Shown here: positions 13,396 to 24,417 of the stretch, one piece after another | Layout: each line of letters begins with the position of its first letter | Position numbering within the stretch: position 1 is the first letter of the stretch | NCBI GenBank assembly: GCA_030141605.1 | Contig: JAQGDQ010000151.1 | Span: 372,001-436,000, forward strand | Reading direction: 5' to 3' | Length of the DNA: 64,000 nt | From: Tubiluchus corallicola | Taxonomy: Eukaryota; Animalia; Priapulida | Position numbers and translations under genes: made by a program | Notes under the pieces: model-generated | The model's database searches: none | Told to the model about the DNA's origin: nothing | The model's input: only the letters and a program-made list of their open reading frames with translations

Positions 13396-13597
13396 CTTTT
13401 GATCGTATAACATGATTATTACTGTTCAAAAATGGCTAAAGAATTATTTACAAATTCTCACTGCGCACTCACGGTCACATAACATGATCATTACTGTCCA
13501 AAAACAGCTTAAGGGTTATTTACAAATTCACGATAAACACTTTTGATCACATAACATGATCATTACTGTCCAAAAATCGCTAAAGAGTTATTTACAA
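13396..13597. repeat. 72-bp minisatellite, about 2.8 copies
   Basis: Units start at 13396, 13468 and 13540. They share ATAACATGAT(C/T)ATTACTGT(C/T)CAAAAA..GCT.AAG..TTATTTACAA. Confidence 0.9.
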
Positions 13598-16500
13598 CGG
13601 GTTAATTACATGGGTTTACTATACAATTTCCAAAAACACACTCTTTGTGCTTTATTGGATTTGCTTTTGGTTAGCTTGAAACCTTGGTCCATTGTGGTAG
13701 GTCGCTGAACAGCTCCAGTCCGATTAGAGAAGTGCTCTCTAAAATGATTGAATACCACAGATCAATATTGAAAAAACATGCTTGTGTAACATCTGCAAGA
13801 TGTGTTGAATGATCTTGAGAATGCATTATAAATATGTGTATCTTCTGGGGTGCAAAGCCTATACATTACAAAATGAGTAGCAAAAATGTAGCTTGTAATG
13901 GGTTGATTGAAATAATTTAGTAGTAGTAGCAATTATGGGCATGTTCATAATTTCGTTGAACTCTAAAGGTAAAAGATGTTTTCCTTGCCCAGCTTGTCTT
14001 TGAAACGAGTGACTGTTTGAATTATGTGACTTTAGTTTATTCATAAATAGTTCATTTGTTCAAGTATTGCTTTATTTACTTAATTATTATTACTTTAAAA
14101 TTTACTTCCTGAAGGAATCGCGCTGCAAGTAGGCATACTAAATTTTGCAAAAAAACAACAAAGCTGATACGTGAACAGCATGAATGTATGCTTATCAAAC
14201 CCTACTCAGTTCCCTCAGAAATTCTGCTATGCTAGCTCACTAATATTTCACTATGTATAAAACTAGTCATCTGATCGATTAGCAACAACTTCAAAGTGCT
14301 TATATATTATTCTGAGTTAATCCACAGGATTAAAACTCAAAATGCATAATTTAGATAATCTAATTACAGATAAACGTTGTGGAATTCTGCGAGGATACGA
14401 GCAAATTACAGCAGCTAGGTGCCAAGCGGGTTACTTGGTTTCCAGAGTTTAGCTTCAGCTATAGTCTAAAATAATTATTATGTCATTAAGTTGTAATCAG
14501 GGTTAATTAACTGGCCGAGTTAGAGGTTGTTAGTATTATTGTGTCTAACTGGTTTTCATTACATGGAAATGAGAACCGTAAAATGCAAAAAATAGTATTA
14601 ATAATCTATCGTTTAACGTTTTGGATTGTTTGAAATTAATAATAGTAACTGCAGCTGCAAAAAGTTTGCTCAAGCACTGGGTGGCAGCATTTATACTGCA
14701 GTGTGACTGTGAAACGATCGCGATTTTAATTTGACCTTACTAATTACATGAGGTGTAATTCGCAATTTTATTGCTGAAACTGTCAAACATTTTTCTCAAA
14801 ATAATTTATATTAAAATAAGCTCGTCATCCGAGAACCACTGTTTTTTAAATATCTGATGTTTTTGTTCCTTTTATGCTAGGGTTAAATCCATGACGAGCG
14901 GATATTAACAAAATACGCGCATATGAACCAGCGGTTAGAACTACAATCGATATTTTATTTGTACAACAACTATAGGGAATGCAATGAAGTAAGGTGGCGC
15001 TTTTCAATGCATAAAAATGATAATTGTCGGGTGTTTTGTGAACAAAATTGATGGCGATTGATAATATTGTACAACTGTTAGCCCTTTTAATTATGCATTG
15101 TGGCCAAACATAAGAAGGAACAATTCCGAATTTTAGCATTTGCTTGAGCAGGTAGTCACTTAGCTGAAGTCTCATTAGACTTGTAAACTAAGTTAGTGTT
15201 AGTGAGTTGGCGAAGTTTGAGTTAGTCTAACTCCAAGTATGGTTTGGTATACGTTAGTAGGTGTTAGTGGTTCGTCGAAGCTTGTTTATGAAAGTTTTAA
15301 AGTGAACTACAATGCAACAAAATTTTATGCTAAATTATTTTTTGCTAACTATATAACTGTGTTTTATAAATTTCAACAATACACATTGCATAACATAGAC
15401 CTATTACTAGTGTATAGCATGGAGTACACCACTAGCCGAAGTTGGACACTTCCACAAAGGTATATACTGGAGAAGCAGTGTCGTACATGGGCACTGGCGA
15501 TTTCTGTCGAGAATCAAGAATTATGTCATAAAACATAAAACTAAAAATTTGTTTTAGAAAAAAAGTAACTTTATAATAATGATGGATAGTCCTTGACAAT
15601 TTACAAATGTATTTTTTGCAATAACATTATCATTATTCTTAGCTCCATTAATACCATCATAACATTAAACTAAGTATCTAATGCTCTAACAAGAAGAACT
15701 ATGTAGGGCACCTAGCTCGCTAACCTGTTTACTGTGAAGAAAACAATTATTTGTCCTAGAGGTAGTGAAATGGATCATTTGTCTGTGAAGCGAGAAAAAG
15801 TAAAAAATTATATACCTTAAGCATGTGTTAGAATAGTCTAAAAAGTGGACTTATTTCACTTCAAAAATATTAATATCGAAGCTAAATTTAATATTGGCCT
15901 TTCTACTAGCTCAGAATGAGATTATTTTATCAGATGTATAATAATTACTCAACATGTATTGACGTTTTCAATTATTATTACTAAATAAACAAGAACAACA
16001 GACGCTGCCAGTACGGTTAACGACTCAATTCGTGACCTGTCTCTAGTGTCCTACTGAGGCAGCCCATGTATGCCAATTGTCCTACTTTGGCTAGTGTCCT
16101 ACTCCACTCCCAACACTAGTAATACCAATCCTGTTTCTGGCTTTTTGAGATTAAAACATTATTCCCATTTCTTAAATCAGTAGTGGAGTAAGCATATAAT
16201 TTCTGAATCTATTTTTATGTGTTTAAATCTGGCAGCTTTTGCTTTACATAAAATTGTATTATTTACAACATAGTTTCAGTTAATCTGGTTGTCTAAAAAG
16301 TGTCTAAATGGTAAATCACAAAATGTTTTTCACTTACGTTTGTTAGAAGGATGCCGCCATGTTGGACATTTTTGCTGGCGCATGCTAAATTTGAACCGCT
16401 CAGTTTACTTATGGACTAAACTGTCTGTGGTTAGTATTTCGATATTTTTTACACAAAACTCTACAGAGAGAATGATTTTTGCTTCTTGAAACTCTGTTAC

Positions 16501-17139
16501 ATTTACTTCTCATGATGCAGTCGGATACAACTACTTATCAGCTATGCAGCATGTGTGTACTGACACCATATTTACTACAAACAGCTGAAAAATAAAAACG
16601 GTCATTTGACAGTTTCTTTTTATGATTATGATGTGAATGAGAAATTTTTTGTTAAGTACTGATTAAGCAGAACCTTGCACACCAATTAAAGCTCAGTACA
16701 ACAATCTACATGAAAATTATAGGCAAAGAAATGCTTGCGCCCAACTGGGTTATCCAAATTCTCTCACCATAAACTTAGATTAGAAAAAATGCAATTGCTG
16801 TGCGTGTGAGCATCCCGATTTATGTCAATATGGTAAATCTTTGAAAATGTAGTATTATGTGAGCAGATGTATGGGGAATCAGACTACATATACAAAACTT
16901 TTTAGACGCTGACCAGAAAATGTGACAGCGTACGTAATTTCACTGTAGCTTGCATTTTTCAATGTTCTGATTGAATTTTTCGAAATTTGTGTTGCTGATC
17001 ATTGGATAGTTTCTCTTAAATATGCAAAATAAAACCAGTTAGTAGGACAAGAGACAGTAGACATATTTAACCGAAAAACCAGTTTAGATCCGGATATAGC
17101 CTTATATAGCCTTAAATACATAATGAGGAAAATGAATTG

Positions 17140-17958
17140 CCTTTACATATTATTTCTTGTACAGCTTTCTTGATTGTCTTGAATAAAATTGTACTAAAAT
17201 GGGCTAAAGTTTACATTTTCCCATACAGAAAAATTAGTTCCAGAATCGGATTAGGATTAGGATTATGTTGGGGTTAGGGTTAGGGATAGTGTTAAGGGCT
17301 AGATTTAGGGTTAAGGTTAAGGATAGAGTGAGAGTTAAGGTTAGGGCTAGAGTTAGGGTTAGGTTATTTAAATTGTATGACTAATTGTAAACGCCTTCCC
17401 TAGAATGCTGTTCAGGGCTTTAGGCAGGTGTTGTACTGATCTTTGATTTGTGGGACTTGGTTACCACTTCAAAATGTTTTGTCTTTTTTCTGGATACGAT
17501 AATAGATATTGGAGCAACAGTTTTGTTTATTTACTGTGAGCAGTATGTTGATTAAACTTCTTCCATTTATCACTTGTTGGAGGCATTCTGAGGTGGTTTG
17601 CAAAGTGACATTTAAAAAAAATTTGGTGTTTATCTTTTAATTCTAATCTTGTATTCAATCATTTTAATTAAATGCAAAAACTGGGTGATTGCCCAGTGGT
17701 ATTTTTAGGGTGGTATTTTTAGTAATTTAAATAACCTAACCCTAACTCTAACCCTAACCTTAACTCTCACTCTACCCTTAACCTTAACCCTAACTCTAGC
17801 CCTTAACACTATCCCTAACCCTAACCCCAACATAATCCTAATTCTAATCCGATTCTGGAACTAATTTTTCTGTATGGGAAAATGTAAACTTTAGCCCATT
17901 TTAGTACAATTTTATTCAAGACAATCAAGAAGGCTGTACAAGAAACAATATGTAAAGG
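17140..17958. mobile_element. Foldback/MITE-like element with 235-bp inverted arms (17140-17374 and 17724-17958) containing degenerate TTAGGG repeats, and a 349-bp spacer
   Basis: The arms are reverse complements with about 6 substitutions counted by eye. Termini are CCTTTACATA...TATGTAAAGG. TTG flanks both sides (17137-17139 and 17959-17961). Confidence 0.85.
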
Positions 17959-18640
17959 TTGCCTCAGAGGAATGATTCAGGAACATGGGTAATTGAGTAT
18001 GTGAGAATAGTTTGAGCTAGTGGGTCAGTTCCTGCATATTCCCGACCTCATTTCTTTTGTATTGACAATTCTAATCAAATCTTAATTCCTTGTAGACTAT
18101 GGTTAGATTAGGATAGTCTTTGTCACATGACACAGTCATAGTCACAGGATTGTCACAGTCTGTTCCTCCTAGGCTATGTCCTAGACTAGTCCAGAATAGT
18201 CTATGACAAATTCAGAACTTTGAAAAGCGTAAGAGTCAATTTAAATGTTGTATGAGGGTTTTAAAAAATGTAGTCAAATTCTACCATACTGAATTACTTA
18301 TCTTTGTGTTTACATAGTTTTCATTGCCTAGAAATGATGGTAATAAAAAATTCTTTTAGAAACTCCGTTTTTGTGTGGACTTCCGGTCCTTGTTATCACT
18401 TCAAATTAATTCTTTAGTAGTAGTCCAAAAACTTGCTGACAGTATTCTGGCTATGAGATTATATCACTTTCTTTTTATGTTTACCTGGGTGCTACATACA
18501 AAAGATAACACTTGAACTAGACCTGACTGTACAGCATACCCTCTTATTTTAGCTCAGTAATATTTCTGCAAATATATTATGAGGAAAAAAATGAGATTGA
18601 TGAGCTTTTTACAATGATCATCTATCAGTAATTAAATTTA

Positions 18641-18732
18641 GGCAAGTTTCCTAATACTAGTAAAATGACACGAGTAAAACCTTGAGCAAGAAAGATGACA
18701 AATCAAATCTTGATCATTACTGCCTCATATCC
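18641..18732 (+). pseudogene. Short LINE ORF2 relic (region just N-terminal of the RT domain)
   Basis: GKFPNTSKMTRVKP*/KKDDKSNLDHYCLIS resembles the consensus GxFPxxWKxAxVxPIxKKGDxxxxxNYRPIS. Confidence 0.6.
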
Positions 18733-19003
18733 AAAAAATAAACCGTGAAGAAACTAAATTTATAATTTCTGTGCCAAAGTTATACTAATGTGGCTACATA
18801 AAATTTATATGCACAATTAGTGATTGTAAATTGATGAAATTGAGTGGGACATCATTCTCATTTTTGGACTCATCAAAACGAAAGTAGTCATTGGAGCAAA
18901 TCGGTATTCAGTCACTGTAAACTCGGCATATTGAATATAATTAAGGTATGCAGCATTATAGTTTGGTCATATTCACTGCAACTTTTTTTTTCTAGAAATC
19001 AAA

Positions 19004-20812
19004 ATGGATCGCGGTGGGATATATTGTAGACGATTAGATCCTGTATTATGTCTCAAGTGTGGCCAGTTCCATGAATGTGATGGGCCACACTTGTATGATT
19101 ATCATGAGCCAGTTACGGAGGACTTAGTTTGTCGACTATGCCGACAGCCACTTGTTAGCCCAGTTAGCACACCTTGTGGTCACACATTTTGTGGACGATG
19201 CATCAAAAACTACCTAAGAGCAAATACCATGTGCCCAATAGATAGGCAATCATTATTTACTGAAGATTTGATTGCCACAAACATTGTCATTAAAGGACTA
19301 TTAGACAAGTTACTAGTAGTCTGTCCCAATGTGGACTATTGTGAAGCAGTATTACCTAGAAGGGAGCTTTCGGAACACCTGCAAACCAAGTGTCGTGGTG
19401 CAGTAGTTCCTTGCATTCGTGCCAAAATGGGTTGTAAGTACCAGGGGCCGCGCGAGGCTCAGCAGCACCACCTATGGGAATGTCGCTACAACAGAAGCTC
19501 TTCCAAGCAAGCCATATATAACTTGCCATTAGATGGTGACGTCATTGCAGTCGAGTTTCCTCGGCCGATCGGAACAAGCTTAGGGATGACTATTGTGGGA
19601 GGTGTAGATACTCCTCTAATGTGCATCATGATACAGGACATTATTCCAAATGGTCTTGCAGCTATGGACGGTCGTTTGCAACCCGGTGATCAAATACTGC
19701 AAGCCGATGGTGAGGACCTTACACAAGCAAAGCACTGGGAAGCAAGACGAGCACTCTTTCACATGACAAGGGTGTGTCGATTCACCATTTTTCGAGAGCT
19801 AATCACGGAGAGTTCAACGCCACCGGAAAATGATGAGATTATTTCAGTCACAATAAAGAAACAATTTGGGAAGCAACTCGGAATAAAGTTGGTTGGAAAG
19901 CGATGCGAGCCAGGTATTTACATCCTGGAGGTTATTGAAGGTGGGTTAGCGTGGCATGACCAGACGCTCAAAGCTGACGATAGAATCTTGGAAATTAACG
20001 GACATGACCTGCGTGCTGGTACACAAGAGGAGGCAGCAGATCTGATTCAGATTAGCCCATTCCGCGTTGAGTTTCTAATTTCTCGTCGCTGCAGGTCGGA
20101 GACACCTGACGTTGTCTGCTCTATGCCACATGATCGAATAGAGAAGTTAGTTGAAAACTTAAGAGGTGGGACAGACGGTAGAGAGAAGGTCATAAGCGTG
20201 GAGAAAATGTTTGACGAGAATTTGGGAATTTCGGTGGCAGGTGGCGTTGGTGCTCAGCGTGGTGACACACCAATCTATGTGTCTAACATACATCCTAATG
20301 GTTGTTTGGGCAGAAGCAGCAACCTCCAGAAAGGTGATGTGTTACTATCAATTAATGGAACTAATTTACTAGGTCTTAGTCACCAAGAGGCAGTTGTTGT
20401 ATTGAAAGCATGTGCCGAGTCAAAAGCTGTAAGCTTAAATGTCATCAACACTACAGAAATGGCTGAAGGCTTTGACAATTTTGTACCGTCGTGGACATAT
20501 TGGTTGGCTTTGCCGAAGAAGTGTCTGCTGCCTCGCACGATAATCATCAAGAAGGGCAATCACAGCAGTCTGGGTTTCAGTATTGTGGGAGGTGCTGACA
20601 GTTACCACGGCAACCAGCCAATTTTTGTTAAATCTGTAGTACAGGCTACTCCGGCAGCATGTGATGGTAGGCTAAAATGCGGCGATCAGATATTATCTGT
20701 AAATGGAAAGAGTTTGTTGAATATTACTCATCGGGAAGCAGTAGAGGTGTTAAAGGAGGTGCGAGGTGCAGCATTACTTATTGTAATATCTTGGCCAGGA
20801 AGCCTTCATTGA
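19004..20812 (+). CDS. LNX2: LNX1/LNX2-like E3 ubiquitin ligase (Zn-RING-Zn, extra TRAF-type Zn finger, four PDZ domains), 602 aa, CDS in one exon
   Basis: LCLKCGQFH...HLYDY...DLVCRLCRQPLVSPVSTPCGHTFC..C...CPIDR matches the LNX1/2 N-terminus. Four GLGF-like PDZ loops: SLGMTIVGG, QLGIKLVG, NLGISVAGG, SLGFSIVGG. F.PSW.YWL.LP linker and C-terminal SWPGS are present. A splice acceptor (TTTTTTTTTCTAG) lies just before the ATG. Likely a pro-ortholog of vertebrate LNX1 and LNX2. Confidence 0.93.
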   Translation: MDRGGIYCRRLDPVLCLKCGQFHECDGPHLYDYHEPVTEDLVCRLCRQPLVSPVSTPCGHTFCGRCIKNYLRANTMCPIDRQSLFTEDLIATNIVIKGLLDKLLVVCPNVDYCEAVLPRRELSEHLQTKCRGAVVPCIRAKMGCKYQGPREAQQHHLWECRYNRSSSKQAIYNLPLDGDVIAVEFPRPIGTSLGMTIVGGVDTPLMCIMIQDIIPNGLAAMDGRLQPGDQILQADGEDLTQAKHWEARRALFHMTRVCRFTIFRELITESSTPPENDEIISVTIKKQFGKQLGIKLVGKRCEPGIYILEVIEGGLAWHDQTLKADDRILEINGHDLRAGTQEEAADLIQISPFRVEFLISRRCRSETPDVVCSMPHDRIEKLVENLRGGTDGREKVISVEKMFDENLGISVAGGVGAQRGDTPIYVSNIHPNGCLGRSSNLQKGDVLLSINGTNLLGLSHQEAVVVLKACAESKAVSLNVINTTEMAEGFDNFVPSWTYWLALPKKCLLPRTIIIKKGNHSSLGFSIVGGADSYHGNQPIFVKSVVQATPAACDGRLKCGDQILSVNGKSLLNITHREAVEVLKEVRGAALLIVISWPGSLH

Positions 20813-23800
20813 ATCGTGCTAGACATTTGTGCTGTGTCTCTAAAAATTTTCTATTAAGCGTGAAATTTACAGGTTGTTGTACCAGCAGTCCTTGATTGGA
20901 ACAGGCTAGGTCAGAAAGTTTGTTTTAAGTCAGCATGTTCATTTGTTTAAAATCACTAATTTTAATTACAACTTTATAAAGACGCATTTAATATTCAGAT
21001 AAAGTTCAGCTTTTCATTTTAAATAAGTCTATAGAATTGTAGAGACGTGTGTGCACAAATGGCTGTGGTTGGCATCTTTGAATAGACGCATTTGTGCCAT
21101 TTGACTGTAATTTAATTAAACTTAATGTAGTAAAACATGTGTTGAGAATTTTTTGTAAGGAAAGTATTAAGTGAGTATGATTTTTTATAGTGAGCAAACT
21201 TACATTGTGAAAAATGTGCTAAAGGCGCATATTTAGGGTTCGTAAGTCTTCTCTAAGTCACTGTGTGATACTAGTGACAACTGAAAGTATTTCTGAACAG
21301 GTGCATGATTACTTCCTTTTTAAAGACTGTTATTTTTTGTATATACATACATATATATTATATAATTATATACGTGACTATTCCTTTGCATATACATTAT
21401 ATATTATGTGTCCTATTATGATTGTGATTGATCAATGCAGTTGAATGCACATTATTGTAAATAATACATTCGATAGCTTTAATAAGTAATAGCATGCCAT
21501 GTCATCGTAGATGTCTAGTCATATAGCCAACATCTTAGCAAAGTAGATATATTTGTTAATTATAATACGAGATGTGAGTTTAAAATTAAAGTTATCGATA
21601 TCAATCAAATTTGTGCATGCCTTTTAGCACCCATTAATAAATACCTCTATTAAAGTGTATTTAGTTCATTACTTGATATTATACGTTGTGTTTTATGATT
21701 ATTAAGCTTGTTTTTATCGCTGTTAAGTATGTTTTCTTTTTTTGTCAGTGTACTATAAGATAAAACTGTTGCAATTCAAAAGTCACCTGAAGCTTTGTGA
21801 ATGTGCAGTTTGAATGAATCGTGAATGATTATATAAAATGCTTTATGTTGACATTGGCATTTTCAGATGACAGCCATTTTAGTTTTCAGTACCATTTCAT
21901 AGTTATGTTAGTGTAAAGTCATTACTGTGATAATTCAACTTTCTTATTTGTCCAGCATTTTGCAATTACTCTTAGCTAGGCACCTGTTTAGCACACATAC
22001 TGCGAAAATTAGTCATGAGCTGCAGTTATCCAGTTGAAATCGATACAGGTTATGAATATATACAATTTGTATTTTTAATTGTCTAGTAACTGAAGATTGT
22101 TTTAATTTTGCATTGAAAATTTTGTGTTAGTAAAACTGACCTCTTGTATTTTTTGTGTTTGTTTATTCTTTTTGTCTACAAATAAGACCTCACTGTAATA
22201 ACTCTATTGTCTTTCTAATTAGCTAATAAGCCCAAGGATCCAGAGTCTTTTACTTCAACAATGATTTTGTAGTTAACAAATGCCTGAGGAGTGCTGCAGT
22301 ACTTCTAAGCATAAGAACTTTGTATGACTTTAAATGCTGAGAAAATTGTTTGCAAAATAATAACTACTTTATTAGAAACTAAGAGGTGCGGCGATAATAA
22401 AAACTTCAAAATAATTCGAGTTTATAATTAACTGATGTGATTACATTTTCAATTTCAAGAATGCATAAAATTTTCCTCCTGTTTATTTTTGTTTTTCTTG
22501 TTATTTCACTTGTAATAAAAAGCGAAGCTAATTTTAACAGTCTAGTTTGACAAAACAAAATTTTGACAAGTATTTGTCTTGTCTCGCCTTTGTGTTTTTA
22601 TTTGTTTTTGTTGCATGTCTTATTGCATTATAATTATAGATTCTCATTAAAATTTAGGTTATCATTAGATTGATATGCTGTTATTATTTTAGCATTATAG
22701 TCACTGAACCTGGTTTAAATAAATTCTATTTCGATAATGTAGTGATGACTTGGTGTTCTTGTTAATAAAAAGTAAACAGTCTCCGAGTAGGTATTTTTGT
22801 ACCCGAAGCAGAACAACTGTACATAAGTTTTGCAACTGCTGTAATTTTTAAACTTGTTTGTATAAAAGTTTGACCAAACAGAAAGTACATCTTTATGCAC
22901 TAAATAAATTAAACATTGTTAATTTTTTTGAGCGAAGAGCCATTAAAAACTGCAAAAGCTCTGTTTGTTTTGCTGTGTATTCAAGATTGACGAGTTAAAC
23001 AAAATGAATAATTGTACATCACTATTTTGGGCTAACTACAATTATGCATATAGGAGGCTGGGAGCCCACTTCGGCCATTTAAGTTTTGAAAACTGATATT
23101 ACATAATAGGGGATCCAAAAGTGACTGTATCAGGTTGAATCTCTTTCATCTTTACATACACACGACAATGCTTAATCAATAGTTACAGTACAATATTAAA
23201 CTAAGATTTTATTGTTATGAATAATTAGCTGCCAGCGATACTTTAGGGCCACAATGAACCTATAATAGTTACATATCACATAGGTTACTGCAATTCTAAA
23301 CTTGTTTATCATTATTACAGTACATAATTACTATGAACTGTAGTCCTTCTATATTGGTCTTGTTTGAAATTATCTTGGTTCATAATAACTGGTCTGTCTC
23401 GCTTAAACAGATCAGTACCCTTTATTAAATAATCGTTAGCTGCTACATAATGATTTCTTTGCTAGCTGTCTCGTGAAAGCAATAATTAAAAGTTTACGGG
23501 CAACAGCAATAGATGGCAGCACACCTAAACCTTAGAAGCTGCCCGAGTAAGCAGAAAAGAGAACACGCATTTATCTCAGTTACAGATGAAAAATGACGTG
23601 ATGAAAGTGAAAAGTGGGCTAATTTTGTCAGTTTTTGTGGCACTCTGTGTGGTATGCATTTAGTGGTGGCTACCTGTAATACAGAAATTTTCGTGTATTA
23701 ATAATAAGGCATTATTATATGTAGTCATAGGCTCGTAATCCATGTACTGACCTGGTAAGGCATTAACAGGAGTACATTAAATCTGCTTTTCGTTGGCATC

Positions 23801-24417
23801 ATACCTTATTTGCAAATACAACATTGGTTTACAGTGTTAAGCATTTAATTTTGTTTAAAGACATTTTCATACAAGCTTACCGTTAACACATTTGAAATTC
23901 TTAGTTGAGATAACTAACTTTGTAGTTATCTTATGTAAATGAGATTAATTGGTCTAGTCATCGATATCATATTGGTCTATGTTGTTGTAAGTCTGCAAAT
24001 AGCTTTGTTATTGCTCATTATTGTCACTAAAGTAAACGATTGTTACTAGAAAACTCAATGTTTAAATATTAGCATGTTGGGGGGAGGAGGCATGAACAAA
24101 ATAGCTTGCAGAAGAAGGAACATTGCACATATGCTCCTCAGCAGGGTTTTAGGACAACCTATAAATCGGAACACTTCCACTTTAAACTCTATGTAGCTTT
24201 ATTAGGTGCTAGACTAGGACTATCCCACAGGAGCTGTGTTCTACATGAAAGAGCTGGTTCTAGCTTTTGTTGGCTATTGGCCATTGCTTTGTTTTATAAA
24301 CATTGTGTTTAAATTTTCAGACACCTTAATTCATACTTATGACCCACCTGAAGGACATTAAATTTTGTCACATAAAGTTTGATCATCTCGTCTTGGGTGC
24401 AGCGTGTGCAAAGCACT

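Noticed and set aside
13396-13597. CRISPR-like repeat-spacer array
   Set aside because: Eukaryotic context, no cas genes, only 3 imperfect repeats, and partly related spacers. Best treated as a minisatellite.
17270-17830. True telomere or chromosome-fusion site
   Set aside because: The tracts are short and degenerate, and they are embedded in longer non-telomeric inverted arms with a candidate TSD, within a gene-dense region.
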